From a virus (Duplodnaviria > Caudoviricetes): a DNA stretch of 64,000 nt. A model generated the notes under the pieces. The model did no database searches. It was not told the DNA's origin and saw only the letters and a list, made by a program, of their open reading frames with translations. Positions 45,566-54,775 of this stretch are shown here, one piece after another. The stretch spans positions 1 to 64,000 of the IMG/VR virus record IMGVR_UViG_3300015214_000031. One strand, 5' to 3'. Made by a program: the position numbers and the translations under genes. Each line of letters starts with the position of its first letter. Position 1 is the first letter of the stretch.

Positions 45566-46488
45566 CTTAGTTTCCCCATAAAAGAATCATAATAATCATT
45601 GATCCAAATGAGTTCCATAGGATTTAAAACATACTCTAAAACTTTATAAATATAATTCCAATTATTTATCTCATATCCCGGCCTCATACAATGAGCTTCA
45701 ACATATTTGGATAGATCTCTATCATCCCAATATGATCTATCCAAACGATCTATAGGAAGATATTCAGGAATCCCTTTGCACTTAGGATAAAATGCAGGAT
45801 TATTGAATATTTCCCTATCAATCATTTGACAATCACTATAATTGGAGTACCTTATTATTTTATTATAAAACAAAACTTCATCATAACCCCACTGAACTTC
45901 TTTTCTTGAATTTCTTCTTAATCCAAATTTAAGTAATCTATTGATTGCTAAATAAATATTTTCTTTATCCCATATTCCCATTACCTTTCGCCATGTACTA
46001 ATATTCATTCCAATATAGCAAACGGGATATCTTTTATGATTATATCCATTAGCATAAAAAAGATGAATAGGCTTTTCCATATCCTGCTGAAAAAACCAAT
46101 CTCTTTTCATTGGGATCATATCAACATCACTTGTAAGACAATAAGTTTTATCATCTGAAATAATACAAGGAGAGCAAAACCTTGAAACTTGTGCAACAAC
46201 TCCTAAGTTATAGCCATCAAAAGCTGGATTACTATGAATTCTATCTGAATTCAAAAAAACCACATCAGCACCAGCTTCCAATGTTTTCTTTAAAATAAAT
46301 GAATTAACCTTATTTGAATACCAACCACTATCACCAACTATAAAAACAATAGGATGATAATTAAATTTAGACCAAACATATGAAGCTATAGGAGAGAAAA
46401 AAGAATAAAAAAGGTTATTGTCAGTAGAAAAAATAACTTTTCTATCAAAAATCATGCCTCTGGTATTTTCGATATAATCATATACCAT
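45562..46488 (-). CDS. Putative GT-A fold glycosyltransferase
   Basis: TSDVDMIP DxD; YP.CYI; W..DE. Confidence 0.55.
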   Translation of the reverse strand: MVYDYIENTRGMIFDRKVIFSTDNNLFYSFFSPIASYVWSKFNYHPIVFIVGDSGWYSNKVNSFILKKTLEAGADVVFLNSDRIHSNPAFDGYNLGVVAQVSRFCSPCIISDDKTYCLTSDVDMIPMKRDWFFQQDMEKPIHLFYANGYNHKRYPVCYIGMNISTWRKVMGIWDKENIYLAINRLLKFGLRRNSRKEVQWGYDEVLFYNKIIRYSNYSDCQMIDREIFNNPAFYPKCKGIPEYLPIDRLDRSYWDDRDLSKYVEAHCMRPGYEINNWNYIYKVLEYVLNPMELIWINDYYDSFMGKLR

Positions 46489-47088
46489 TTATTTACACCT
46501 TTTCCAATTTTCCCATACCCAAGAATATTGATATGTAAGTTCATGAGTTTGTGAAAGTCTTTCTTGAATCTTATTTCTTCTTTCGTATGCCCTATTAACA
46601 AATCTATGAAATTGGACTTGAATATTTTTAAACATCCTCTGAAGATCATTATCCAAAATAGCTTCAAGTATTTCAAATTCACATCCCTCTACGTTTATTT
46701 TAATTAGATCTACCGTTACAATATTTAGACTAACTACAACATCTACAATGGATTTAATTTCAATTTGTTCAGCTTTACTTCCTGTCAAATAAATACTGGA
46801 CGAATCGTCATTTATAAAAATCAAATCCTGTCTGTTATTACATCCAAGACCAAAGTTGAAAATATTAATATTATCATAATCACATAATTCATTTGTTACA
46901 TTACAAAAATACTTTTTTACAGGCTCAAAGCCAAATATTCTGCATCCATATTCTTTATGTATTTTTTTGGTAAATTCCCCATTGTAAACTCCAAGATCCA
47001 TAACTACTGAATTTGCATTTAAATCATAATCATACCTCAGTTTTTCTGCTTTATCCTGAAACCATTTATTGAATTCCGGCTTTTCCAT
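46489..47088 (-). CDS. FkbM-family methyltransferase
   Basis: VMDLGVYNG.F, FEP, DLIKINVEGCEFEIL, QVQFH. Confidence 0.88.
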   Translation of the reverse strand: MEKPEFNKWFQDKAEKLRYDYDLNANSVVMDLGVYNGEFTKKIHKEYGCRIFGFEPVKKYFCNVTNELCDYDNINIFNFGLGCNNRQDLIFINDDSSSIYLTGSKAEQIEIKSIVDVVVSLNIVTVDLIKINVEGCEFEILEAILDNDLQRMFKNIQVQFHRFVNRAYERRNKIQERLSQTHELTYQYSWVWENWKRCK

Positions 47089-47090
47089 TT

Positions 47091-47843
47091 TTATACCCTA
47101 AAAATAAATTCACACGGTTGTTGCGGTGATGCCCCTTTGTAACTATTTAATATTTTATAGTGATTTCCAGGCATAAAATTAACATCTTGAAAACCTGTCT
47201 TTCCATTAATGACAGGACTATATGTTATAGGATTTCCTAAAATGCTTGCCCATAAAGAAAATGTAGAATTTGCCCTAAAAAGAATATCAGCATTCATCAA
47301 TGTAAAAAAATCAGGAAGGAAATCAAACTTGCAATCCTGTGCTATATACGGATTATCATCCGATACCCAAATAACATTATCAATATCAAATCCATAATAT
47401 TCTATTGCTCTTATATAAGATCTTTGAGTAATGCAGCAGTAAATATCAATGTACTTGGATACATAGTCTCCTCTTCTAATATGAGCAGCAACATAAAAAG
47501 GTTTTAATTTAGGAAACATATCTATCCATTCATCTTTAAACTGTAACCACTTTTTTATCTTGGACATAGAAAGAATATCAAAACAATCTTGAAATTGAAA
47601 GTATCCAAACAGATCTATATTCACTTCCCCCCAAGGAACAATATCTAACTCAGTTTTTCTTTTTAAAAATTTAATAGGGGGGTGGTCTATATTTTTAAAA
47701 ATTTTTCTACCTATCCAATCAGCAGGGATTTCCAAAACAGCATCATGAGTCTCAGCATAAGCTCTAGCAAAGCAATATTGAAAAAGTTGATTAGCCCACC
47801 TTCCAAACTTTCCTAAGCAACTGCATTGTATTATTCTGCTCAT
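47091..47843 (-). CDS. GT11 alpha-1,2-fucosyltransferase-like
   Basis: GR.ANQLFQY, GYFQ, HIRRGDY, NSTFS.WA. Confidence 0.88.
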   Translation of the reverse strand: MSRIIQCSCLGKFGRWANQLFQYCFARAYAETHDAVLEIPADWIGRKIFKNIDHPPIKFLKRKTELDIVPWGEVNIDLFGYFQFQDCFDILSMSKIKKWLQFKDEWIDMFPKLKPFYVAAHIRRGDYVSKYIDIYCCITQRSYIRAIEYYGFDIDNVIWVSDDNPYIAQDCKFDFLPDFFTLMNADILFRANSTFSLWASILGNPITYSPVINGKTGFQDVNFMPGNHYKILNSYKGASPQQPCEFIFRV

Positions 47844-47847
47844 AGTT

Positions 47848-48426
47848 TCACATCCTAGCTATCCAAATGTTTCCTTCTCTAATTTCAAAACCATTGGGAA
47901 AAAATCCATTTTTATCTAATTCATCTACTGCTGCTTTTACATCATTCCCATTACTATCATTTAAATAATAATCATGTCCTGCCAATACCATTCCTTTTTT
48001 TACTTTAGATGCCCAAGAAACTATATCCCTATTTACATTAAAAGCATCATGGTCAGCATCAATAAAAACAAAATCCAGTGAATTATCATTGAACATTTTT
48101 GCTGCCAAATGTGATTCTCTTTTTATATCTACTATATAGTCCCTAACTCCATTCCTGTTTAAAATAAAATTATAAATCTCATAAATATATGGTTGCTCTG
48201 GAAGAGTTGAAGATTTCCAATCCTCCCAAACATCTACAGCCCATACCCTAAAATCTTTTTTCCCTGCTTTAATCATCTCTCTTACTAAATATGAAATAGA
48301 AAATCCCTTAAAAACCCCAACCTCTACAGCAGTAAAAATATTTGGATCATATGCCACTTCTTTATAAAATTTCTCAAATGTAAACCAATTATTAGTATAA
48401 AGATGTGATTTTATATTAAATTTCAT
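47848..48426 (-). CDS. Class I SAM methyltransferase (Methyltransf_24-like)
   Basis: VEVGVFKG.S, AVD.W, DFVFIDADH, GG-like GMVLAGHDY. Confidence 0.88.
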   Translation of the reverse strand: MKFNIKSHLYTNNWFTFEKFYKEVAYDPNIFTAVEVGVFKGFSISYLVREMIKAGKKDFRVWAVDVWEDWKSSTLPEQPYIYEIYNFILNRNGVRDYIVDIKRESHLAAKMFNDNSLDFVFIDADHDAFNVNRDIVSWASKVKKGMVLAGHDYYLNDSNGNDVKAAVDELDKNGFFPNGFEIREGNIWIARM

Positions 48427-49493
48427 TTAATCTCCATCAACTCCAATGTCTGTCTCAACTCATTAATATCAATGTTCATATTTTTTTCTCCATCAGAGTA
48501 CCAGTAATCGCCTTCTTCAATACAATCCCCCTTGCCTATCAAATAATAAAGATCCAACTCACAAGAATCACCAAGCAACCAATAACAAAGTCCTAAATAA
48601 GTGGGGGAGAACAACTCAAGAATTTTTGTTCCTTTTTTACAAAAAACAATATTGGAAAGTCCAGCACCATGAGGAGCAATAACAACTTCAGCCTCAGAAA
48701 AGTATTTAATCTGATCTTTAACTGTCATCTCTTCACATTTAAGAATTTCAAACTTATAATCCTTTAAACAGGAAATTACTTCCTCTTCGTTTTCAATTGA
48801 TCTACTTCCTGATCTTGAAACGTAAAGTCTTCTTCCTTTATCATTTGACAAATAATCTTTAAATAATTTTTTAAGGTAAAAAGATGAAATTTTATTTGGA
48901 TTGACACCATACCCAATAGGAGAAATAACATGAAGATCATGAATCATTAATTCATGATATCGTGTCATTGGAAGAATAGAAGAAGAATGAACATTCAAAA
49001 GATCAAATATTTCTCGTATAAATCTTTTGTTATAATCATTACAAACAATTCTCTGAAAAGAGATTCCCAAATCAATCGCCAAAGCAAGTTTAGGAAGAGA
49101 TGTATGAAGAAAATGAAAATAATTCCAACCTCCCCATTTCTGACAAATATACAAACAGGGTTCTTCTACAGGATAATAACTATCTCTAAAACCAAGGGAT
49201 TCATTCCAAAAAGGAGAAATATCAGTAAGAATTATGTTATTTTCAGTTCTTATACAGGCACCATCCACACCATTTCTATCAAAGCAAGAAATATTAATAT
49301 CTTGTAATCTTGCAGTAAATACTTTATTAGATTCTTGTAATCTCTTTGATTCATAAATATTTTTATACTTATTATTTATTGATTTGGGAATTTCAAGAGA
49401 ATAATCATAACCAGTAAAAATTACTTTGTAATCTTGAACTTGTTTTCTTGATGAAAGAATGTATTCATAGGTTTCCATCTGTTTCATATCCAC
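48423..49493 (-). CDS. GT61 (DUF563) glycosyltransferase
   Basis: NYFHF, LYVSR...R.I.NE.EV, QI..F..A..VIAPHGAGL.N. Confidence 0.9.
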   Translation of the reverse strand: MDMKQMETYEYILSSRKQVQDYKVIFTGYDYSLEIPKSINNKYKNIYESKRLQESNKVFTARLQDINISCFDRNGVDGACIRTENNIILTDISPFWNESLGFRDSYYPVEEPCLYICQKWGGWNYFHFLHTSLPKLALAIDLGISFQRIVCNDYNKRFIREIFDLLNVHSSSILPMTRYHELMIHDLHVISPIGYGVNPNKISSFYLKKLFKDYLSNDKGRRLYVSRSGSRSIENEEEVISCLKDYKFEILKCEEMTVKDQIKYFSEAEVVIAPHGAGLSNIVFCKKGTKILELFSPTYLGLCYWLLGDSCELDLYYLIGKGDCIEEGDYWYSDGEKNMNIDINELRQTLELMEIK

Positions 49494-50134
49494 CCCTTTT
49501 TAGCCAATTCACCCAATGCAAGAGGCATAGCTTTTTGATTTAAATGAATATTATCCATGTAATAGCTTAAATCCGTTCCCATGTAACTATCAACAAGATC
49601 ATAAAAAAGAGTAAAAAATTTAAACCCAAACTCTTTACTCTTTTGTTCTAGGAAAACATTAAAAGTTAATGTTATTTGATTTCTTTCCAACATATCACCA
49701 GTAATAGGACAATCTCTTGAAGAACACGATTGGGGAAGTTTCGTACTTGGAATTGGACCCCAAACACCAAAACTAATATTTGAAAAATTATACATTAAAT
49801 CAAGTAGACCATCTACATATCTTTCTACACATTTATATACATTATGAGCTTGAGAATAACCTCTTCTTACATTTTTACCAATATGATAACGACAATCAAT
49901 TTCACCAAAAGAAAATAAAACTTTATCTTCAGGCAAAATTAAAGGGAGAATATATAAAATCTTCTCCCTTGCCTTATATGTTGTATTTTCTTTCAAAAGA
50001 TTGAAAGCAATTGGTGCTCCAATTCTATAAACACTAAATTGATTATTGATCCCACAATAAGGAGGGTATTCTGGTACTATTTCATTTTTGCCTATAAAAA
50101 AAGAAACATGAGAATCACCTATTACATGAATCAT
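49484..50134 (-). CDS. SGNH/GDSL hydrolase or acyltransferase-like
   Basis: IGDSH, GEIDCR, D.IHL. Confidence 0.8.
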   Translation of the reverse strand: MIHVIGDSHVSFFIGKNEIVPEYPPYCGINNQFSVYRIGAPIAFNLLKENTTYKAREKILYILPLILPEDKVLFSFGEIDCRYHIGKNVRRGYSQAHNVYKCVERYVDGLLDLMYNFSNISFGVWGPIPSTKLPQSCSSRDCPITGDMLERNQITLTFNVFLEQKSKEFGFKFFTLFYDLVDSYMGTDLSYYMDNIHLNQKAMPLALGELAKKGWI

Positions 50135-50145
50135 CTCTTTTTACC

Positions 50146-50766
50146 TTACAAATCAATTAAACTTCCTTGGCTTCTATTATGATTAAAAGGACTAGGTTCT
50201 ACAAAACAGAAATTAAAACAGTTACAAAGAAACAAATCAATGGGAAGACCATTATAATTATGATCCTGTAACCTTGAAATATTTTCTTTACCTATAAAAT
50301 AAGCCAATGTTCCCAAACATCTTCTTGGACTAGTATTATCTTTAGCAAAAAAAGCATTTAATTTATTTTCTTCATCAAAAAGTTCTTTATTGAATATTTT
50401 ATAATTTGGTTCTCTAGAATGAACAGAAACAATTTCATATGAAGAAAGAAGTGAAGAAGCCGATATACAAATATCCAACCAATCAGGACGATTAGGTTCC
50501 GCATCATCCTCTAAAACTAGAATATTTTTTTTCTTTGCAAGGTTCAATGCGTTTTTATGTCCTTCAAGACAACGGTGCTGCCCAATGTGTTGATGCATAT
50601 GCACCACTAAACCTTTATAAATTGGATTCGGTTGCCATCTAGGAGGAAGATCAAAATCAGGAGTATAATATATTTTATAAGGAACATCCTCAAGATAAGG
50701 AAGAATAATAGGTTTCCTATGCTTATTTGCTATAACTACAATATCAAAATCAAGCTTTTTCTTCAT
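50146..50766 (-). CDS. GT25-like glycosyltransferase
   Basis: C...H..A, ILVLEDDA, GT.AY.I, PID. Confidence 0.75.
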   Translation of the reverse strand: MKKKLDFDIVVIANKHRKPIILPYLEDVPYKIYYTPDFDLPPRWQPNPIYKGLVVHMHQHIGQHRCLEGHKNALNLAKKKNILVLEDDAEPNRPDWLDICISASSLLSSYEIVSVHSREPNYKIFNKELFDEENKLNAFFAKDNTSPRRCLGTLAYFIGKENISRLQDHNYNGLPIDLFLCNCFNFCFVEPSPFNHNRSQGSLIDL

Positions 50767-50870
50767 TCAAATATACCTCCTCTTTTGTTATATTTTTAAT
50801 TAAATAAGATCTTAACTTTCTACATCCAAGAATAAATTCACAAAATAAACAAGTTTCTTTAATCCCACTC

Positions 50871-51731
50871 TCATTGTTCATATTTAAGCACACTCTTTAC
50901 TACCTCCATCGGTTGAATCATTAGCATACATTTAGGATATTGAATATTTCCCCCAATTAAATTAGTACAATCTTTTCTTTGTTTTTTCCAACAACCATTT
51001 AACTTGCAACACTCAATCATTCCTATTGTATGAAGATATTGGTGAATTGGATAATGCTCATACCTTGGATCTTCCCTACCACCCCCAATCACAACACAAG
51101 GTTTTTTAAATGCTGCCATTACATGCATTAAAAAAGAAACAGGAGAAATAGCACCATCTGCATGATAACACAAAGACAAAAAATCCCTTAAATTCTCTGT
51201 CTTTCCTACTAAATTTTTAATACTTGTAAATTTTGGATGTATATGTCTGTCACTTCCAACCTGAATTAACTGAATCCCCCTTTTATTTAATTCTTTAAAT
51301 ATTTCTTCCCAATAAAAAACAGGATATGCTTTAAGCGGTATATCAATTTTAATCCCACAATTCACAATCCAGAATCTACCAGATATATCATACTTTTGCA
51401 AGCATTTTTCCCTATCTTTTTCCTCTTCAGTAAGAAAAATTTCAGGATAAATATCATGCTGTAAAAAATCAGTATTTAAATTATCATTTAATATATTAAA
51501 CAAAACTTGAGAATAATGACTAATACCATCTCTATAAGAAATAATATTGTCATGTGTTATTCTAATTACACTGTTACTTTGAACTGAATTATTAATATTT
51601 GGATTATTTTCCAAAATTTCAGGGTAAAAACTTTTAACATTAAACTTAAAATCAGAAAAATATTTTATAACAGATGTAAGTACAACCAAATCACCAGGAG
51701 CAAATAAAAATTTAATAACAAAATCATCCAT
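50871..51731 (-). CDS. GT9 (heptosyltransferase-like) glycosyltransferase
   Basis: APGD.VVLT, VGKT..LR..L....A, S..MH..AAF.KP.VVI.GGRE. Confidence 0.85.
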   Translation of the reverse strand: MDDFVIKFLFAPGDLVVLTSVIKYFSDFKFNVKSFYPEILENNPNINNSVQSNSVIRITHDNIISYRDGISHYSQVLFNILNDNLNTDFLQHDIYPEIFLTEEEKDREKCLQKYDISGRFWIVNCGIKIDIPLKAYPVFYWEEIFKELNKRGIQLIQVGSDRHIHPKFTSIKNLVGKTENLRDFLSLCYHADGAISPVSFLMHVMAAFKKPCVVIGGGREDPRYEHYPIHQYLHTIGMIECCKLNGCWKKQRKDCTNLIGGNIQYPKCMLMIQPMEVVKSVLKYEQ

Positions 51732-51741
51732 AATTTATTTC

Positions 51742-52242
51742 CTATACTGCCGCCATCAATCCGTTGTTAATCAAAAGATTTCTAATAGCATCCACAGCCG
51801 TCTTTAATTCAGTCACGTCAGCAGCAGGACTTGCAATCAATGACTGTTGATACAATTTAACTATAGAACCATTTTCTGTTTTAAAATGAGGACAACAATT
51901 TCCTGCCGCTTGATCGTTTGCATATTGCACATAAGAATCAGCACTAGGAGTAGCAGGAGCAGCAACATTGGATTGATAATTAGCTTTCACATTGGTATGA
52001 ATAGTTTCCCATGCAGCAGCACCACGAACCTTCAAAACATGATTAGTCAAATCCCTCCACAGACAACCCTCTGTCAATGTAATATCAGGATAATCATGAA
52101 AAACATCACCCGGTTCAACCGTATTTGCCCAACATCTAAAGCCATCATCAATCATATCAAAATTAGCATTCAATGGAGTATCAAAACGAAGAGTTTGGTA
52201 CGCGGGTTTTTCAATATTAAAATAAGTTGTATAGTCAGCCAT
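51742..52242 (-). CDS. Short tail/head fibre-like virion protein
   Basis: LN.NFD.ID N-terminus; C-terminal V.AI..LL...GLMA typical of fibre proteins. Confidence 0.55.
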   Translation of the reverse strand: MADYTTYFNIEKPAYQTLRFDTPLNANFDMIDDGFRCWANTVEPGDVFHDYPDITLTEGCLWRDLTNHVLKVRGAAAWETIHTNVKANYQSNVAAPATPSADSYVQYANDQAAGNCCPHFKTENGSIVKLYQQSLIASPAADVTELKTAVDAIRNLLINNGLMAAV

Positions 52243-52253
52243 TTTTATTCTCC

Positions 52254-52769
52254 TTATACATCTTGACCAGTAATAGTATAAGTTACATTAATCACATCGT
52301 CATCTACCACAACCCTAGCAACAGCAACATTTGAAACACACCACAAAATTCCAGTTTGACCTCCTTTAGTTGCAATGGAAACCAAAAAAGCACCATAAAC
52401 TGAACCACTACTATTTATAGTAAATTCGGCAGGATTTGCAGAATTAGTAATTATTTTAGATGATGCTCCTGCTTCTTGCCATTGAACCCTTGTCGCCTCA
52501 TCATAGTCAGTAAACTCTGTAAATCCATTATTAATATTAGCTGAAGTCCAAGCTTTATTTACCGCTTCATTCGATCCTTTTAATCCTATATACCAATTTA
52601 GATTTACAGAATCACCTGAAAAATACACCCCAAGCATATCAGTAATTGCTTCATCCATAATATCATTAAATACAAAATCACACCATTTAAGCCTTCCTTT
52701 TGAATCATAACATTTAAATTGAAACAAACCTTTTAAATTCTTTAAAGAATTAATACTTTTAAAATTCAT
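52254..52769 (-). CDS. Tail-associated structural protein
   Basis: WYIGL, Y....R.QW, F.I.....VYGAFL, D..NVTYT; common virion family. Confidence 0.6.
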   Translation of the reverse strand: MNFKSINSLKNLKGLFQFKCYDSKGRLKWCDFVFNDIMDEAITDMLGVYFSGDSVNLNWYIGLKGSNEAVNKAWTSANINNGFTEFTDYDEATRVQWQEAGASSKIITNSANPAEFTINSSGSVYGAFLVSIATKGGQTGILWCVSNVAVARVVVDDDVINVTYTITGQDV

Positions 52770-52788
52770 TCAAATACTCCTCCTTTTA

Positions 52789-53847
52789 TCAAACATCCAG
52801 TATAAATGGTAATGATAAATTTCCATTTATATCCACTTGATAAATAAAAAATGCTAAATGTTCTTGAAAAACACCATTATCAGAAATATTTTGGTTATAT
52901 GAGTAAATCCATTGAATTATATCTGGATCTTCTTTATCAGGTATATCTATATATTCTGAATAAACAGGATCACCATAATCTGAACCAGACATCATTTCTA
53001 TTTCAGTAATAATTAAATAAATTGCATCTCCTCCATTTTGAGTTACGTTAATTCTATAATAACGATATGAATTCCCATTAACAAAATAATATTCATACCA
53101 TGTATTAACTCCTAAAGAAGCATTATTAACTGTATGAAGAATAAACCAATCAGTTCCATTATAAGAGCCTTCAAATGTCCATGTTTTAGGATTATATCTG
53201 GTACTTCCAGAAGTATAAATTCTGTATCTATTAATTATTTTTTCATTTCCCTCACCAAAATCTTGTCCTATCCAACCATGATTTATATATCCCCCATCCC
53301 AACAATACCAAGATTGAGTAGCGTTACCACCAAATAAATTATCAAAAGCAGATTTATAAAGAGGGTTTTCATTTCCAATACTATATATTGGATTAGTTAA
53401 ATCTGCTAAACCATCACCCCTAATTAATGGATGGACTTTAACAAGATACTTATCAATATCTGATAAACTACCTCCTCCGTAACCCAAACCCCCACCATAT
53501 TGTTCCCCACCATAGGCACAAAAAGGGATTTTAGTCCTTCCTCTCCATGAGAAAACAAAATCACCTAATAAAATATTTTCATTAACTGATACTTTTTCTT
53601 CAAAAGAAAAATTTATATATACTTTACAACCTAAAGTTTCCTCCAATCCAACCAATTCAGCAAATAAAGTATCAAATTCAAAAGTTGTAGCTAATATACC
53701 ACTAAAAAGAATAGATTCTGAAAAAATCAAATCATTAGAAGAAGCATCAGAAAAATCAAAACTAATTGAATCTCCTGATACTGGAACATATCCAGAAGTT
53801 TGAAAATTAAAATTTATTGCATCTGAACTAGGTGGAATATAAGCCAT
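52789..53847 (-). CDS. Tail protein with an F5/8 type C (discoidin) domain inside a module homologous to the hub-1 C-terminus
   Basis: AFD, WIGQDFG, P.TWTFEGS.NGTDW, YRYYRIN, ITEIE; YGGG.GYGGG and NISDNG shared with 58249-60813. Confidence 0.75.
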   Translation of the reverse strand: MAYIPPSSDAINFNFQTSGYVPVSGDSISFDFSDASSNDLIFSESILFSGILATTFEFDTLFAELVGLEETLGCKVYINFSFEEKVSVNENILLGDFVFSWRGRTKIPFCAYGGEQYGGGLGYGGGSLSDIDKYLVKVHPLIRGDGLADLTNPIYSIGNENPLYKSAFDNLFGGNATQSWYCWDGGYINHGWIGQDFGEGNEKIINRYRIYTSGSTRYNPKTWTFEGSYNGTDWFILHTVNNASLGVNTWYEYYFVNGNSYRYYRINVTQNGGDAIYLIITEIEMMSGSDYGDPVYSEYIDIPDKEDPDIIQWIYSYNQNISDNGVFQEHLAFFIYQVDINGNLSLPFILDV

Positions 53848-53862
53848 TTTAAACTTCCCATT

Positions 53863-54765
53863 TTACAATACTGATAATCTATCATAAATTAAAGCATTGT
53901 AATCGTTAGCATCACCCTCATCATCCAATGCTACAACATAATACTCAATAGTATTGTCCGGAACTTGTAAAGAAAATGCTCCTGTTAACACATCCGAAGT
54001 GGTAGAAGCTATTAATTCTCCCGTTGATCTAGCATATACTCTTACCGTTCTTGAAACAGGAAGTCCTTCTTCATAAACATAACCAGACAAATAATAAATA
54101 TCACTAGAAACAACTAAATTACGAAAATGCTCAGTGGCAATTGCATTATAATTACTAGTATGAAACTCAACAATTAAATAATCATCAAGTACATCAAATA
54201 CCGTAGAGGTCACCAACCAATTCACGGTTGCAATTGTTGTTACTTCATCTAATGTTTTTAAAGTTGCTTCCAATACCATTGTAGAAGGATCAAAATCAAT
54301 AAAACATTTATAATAAAGTGTTTCATCCACATCCATTGAAACACTTGCTCTTGTAGTACAATAATAAGACCCACCCGCAGTAGTACCATCACCAATTATT
54401 TCTAACTTTGTTCTATCTGTTGTATTTCCCCCACTATGATCTCCAAAACTCACACCCAAACATAAATTTGTAACTCCGCCATAATAAGTTGTATCCCTAA
54501 GTGCTGTCGCACTTCTAAATCTTATAGAACCGGGAGGAGGGGATGAATTTTTGTTTTTATGTCCCATCCATTCTAAAACAATAGAAAATGGTGCATTTTT
54601 ATTAATCAACCCACTATCGGTATAAGCAGCGGCACCTGTCCAACTTGTGTCAGTATTCAATTGAAGTTCATTATTTACAGAAACCGTAGCCCCCCTCACC
54701 ACAACAGAACTCCAACCAGAAGGTAAAGTAATTCCAGTAAAACTCTCATTTAATATTACAGCCAT
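53863..54765 (-). CDS. Lectin-like tail/receptor-binding protein
   Basis: Beta-rich N-terminal domain; C-terminal SG.V..EG.PV.RTVRVY.R.TGELI adaptor. Confidence 0.6.
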   Translation of the reverse strand: MAVILNESFTGITLPSGWSSVVVRGATVSVNNELQLNTDTSWTGAAAYTDSGLINKNAPFSIVLEWMGHKNKNSSPPPGSIRFRSATALRDTTYYGGVTNLCLGVSFGDHSGGNTTDRTKLEIIGDGTTAGGSYYCTTRASVSMDVDETLYYKCFIDFDPSTMVLEATLKTLDEVTTIATVNWLVTSTVFDVLDDYLIVEFHTSNYNAIATEHFRNLVVSSDIYYLSGYVYEEGLPVSRTVRVYARSTGELIASTTSDVLTGAFSLQVPDNTIEYYVVALDDEGDANDYNALIYDRLSVL

Positions 54766-54775
54766 TTAAAATCCT

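Noticed and set aside
47717-47726. Second group I intron suggested by aatcagcagg
   Set aside because: No matching P, R or S elements, and it lies antisense within an intact GT11 ORF
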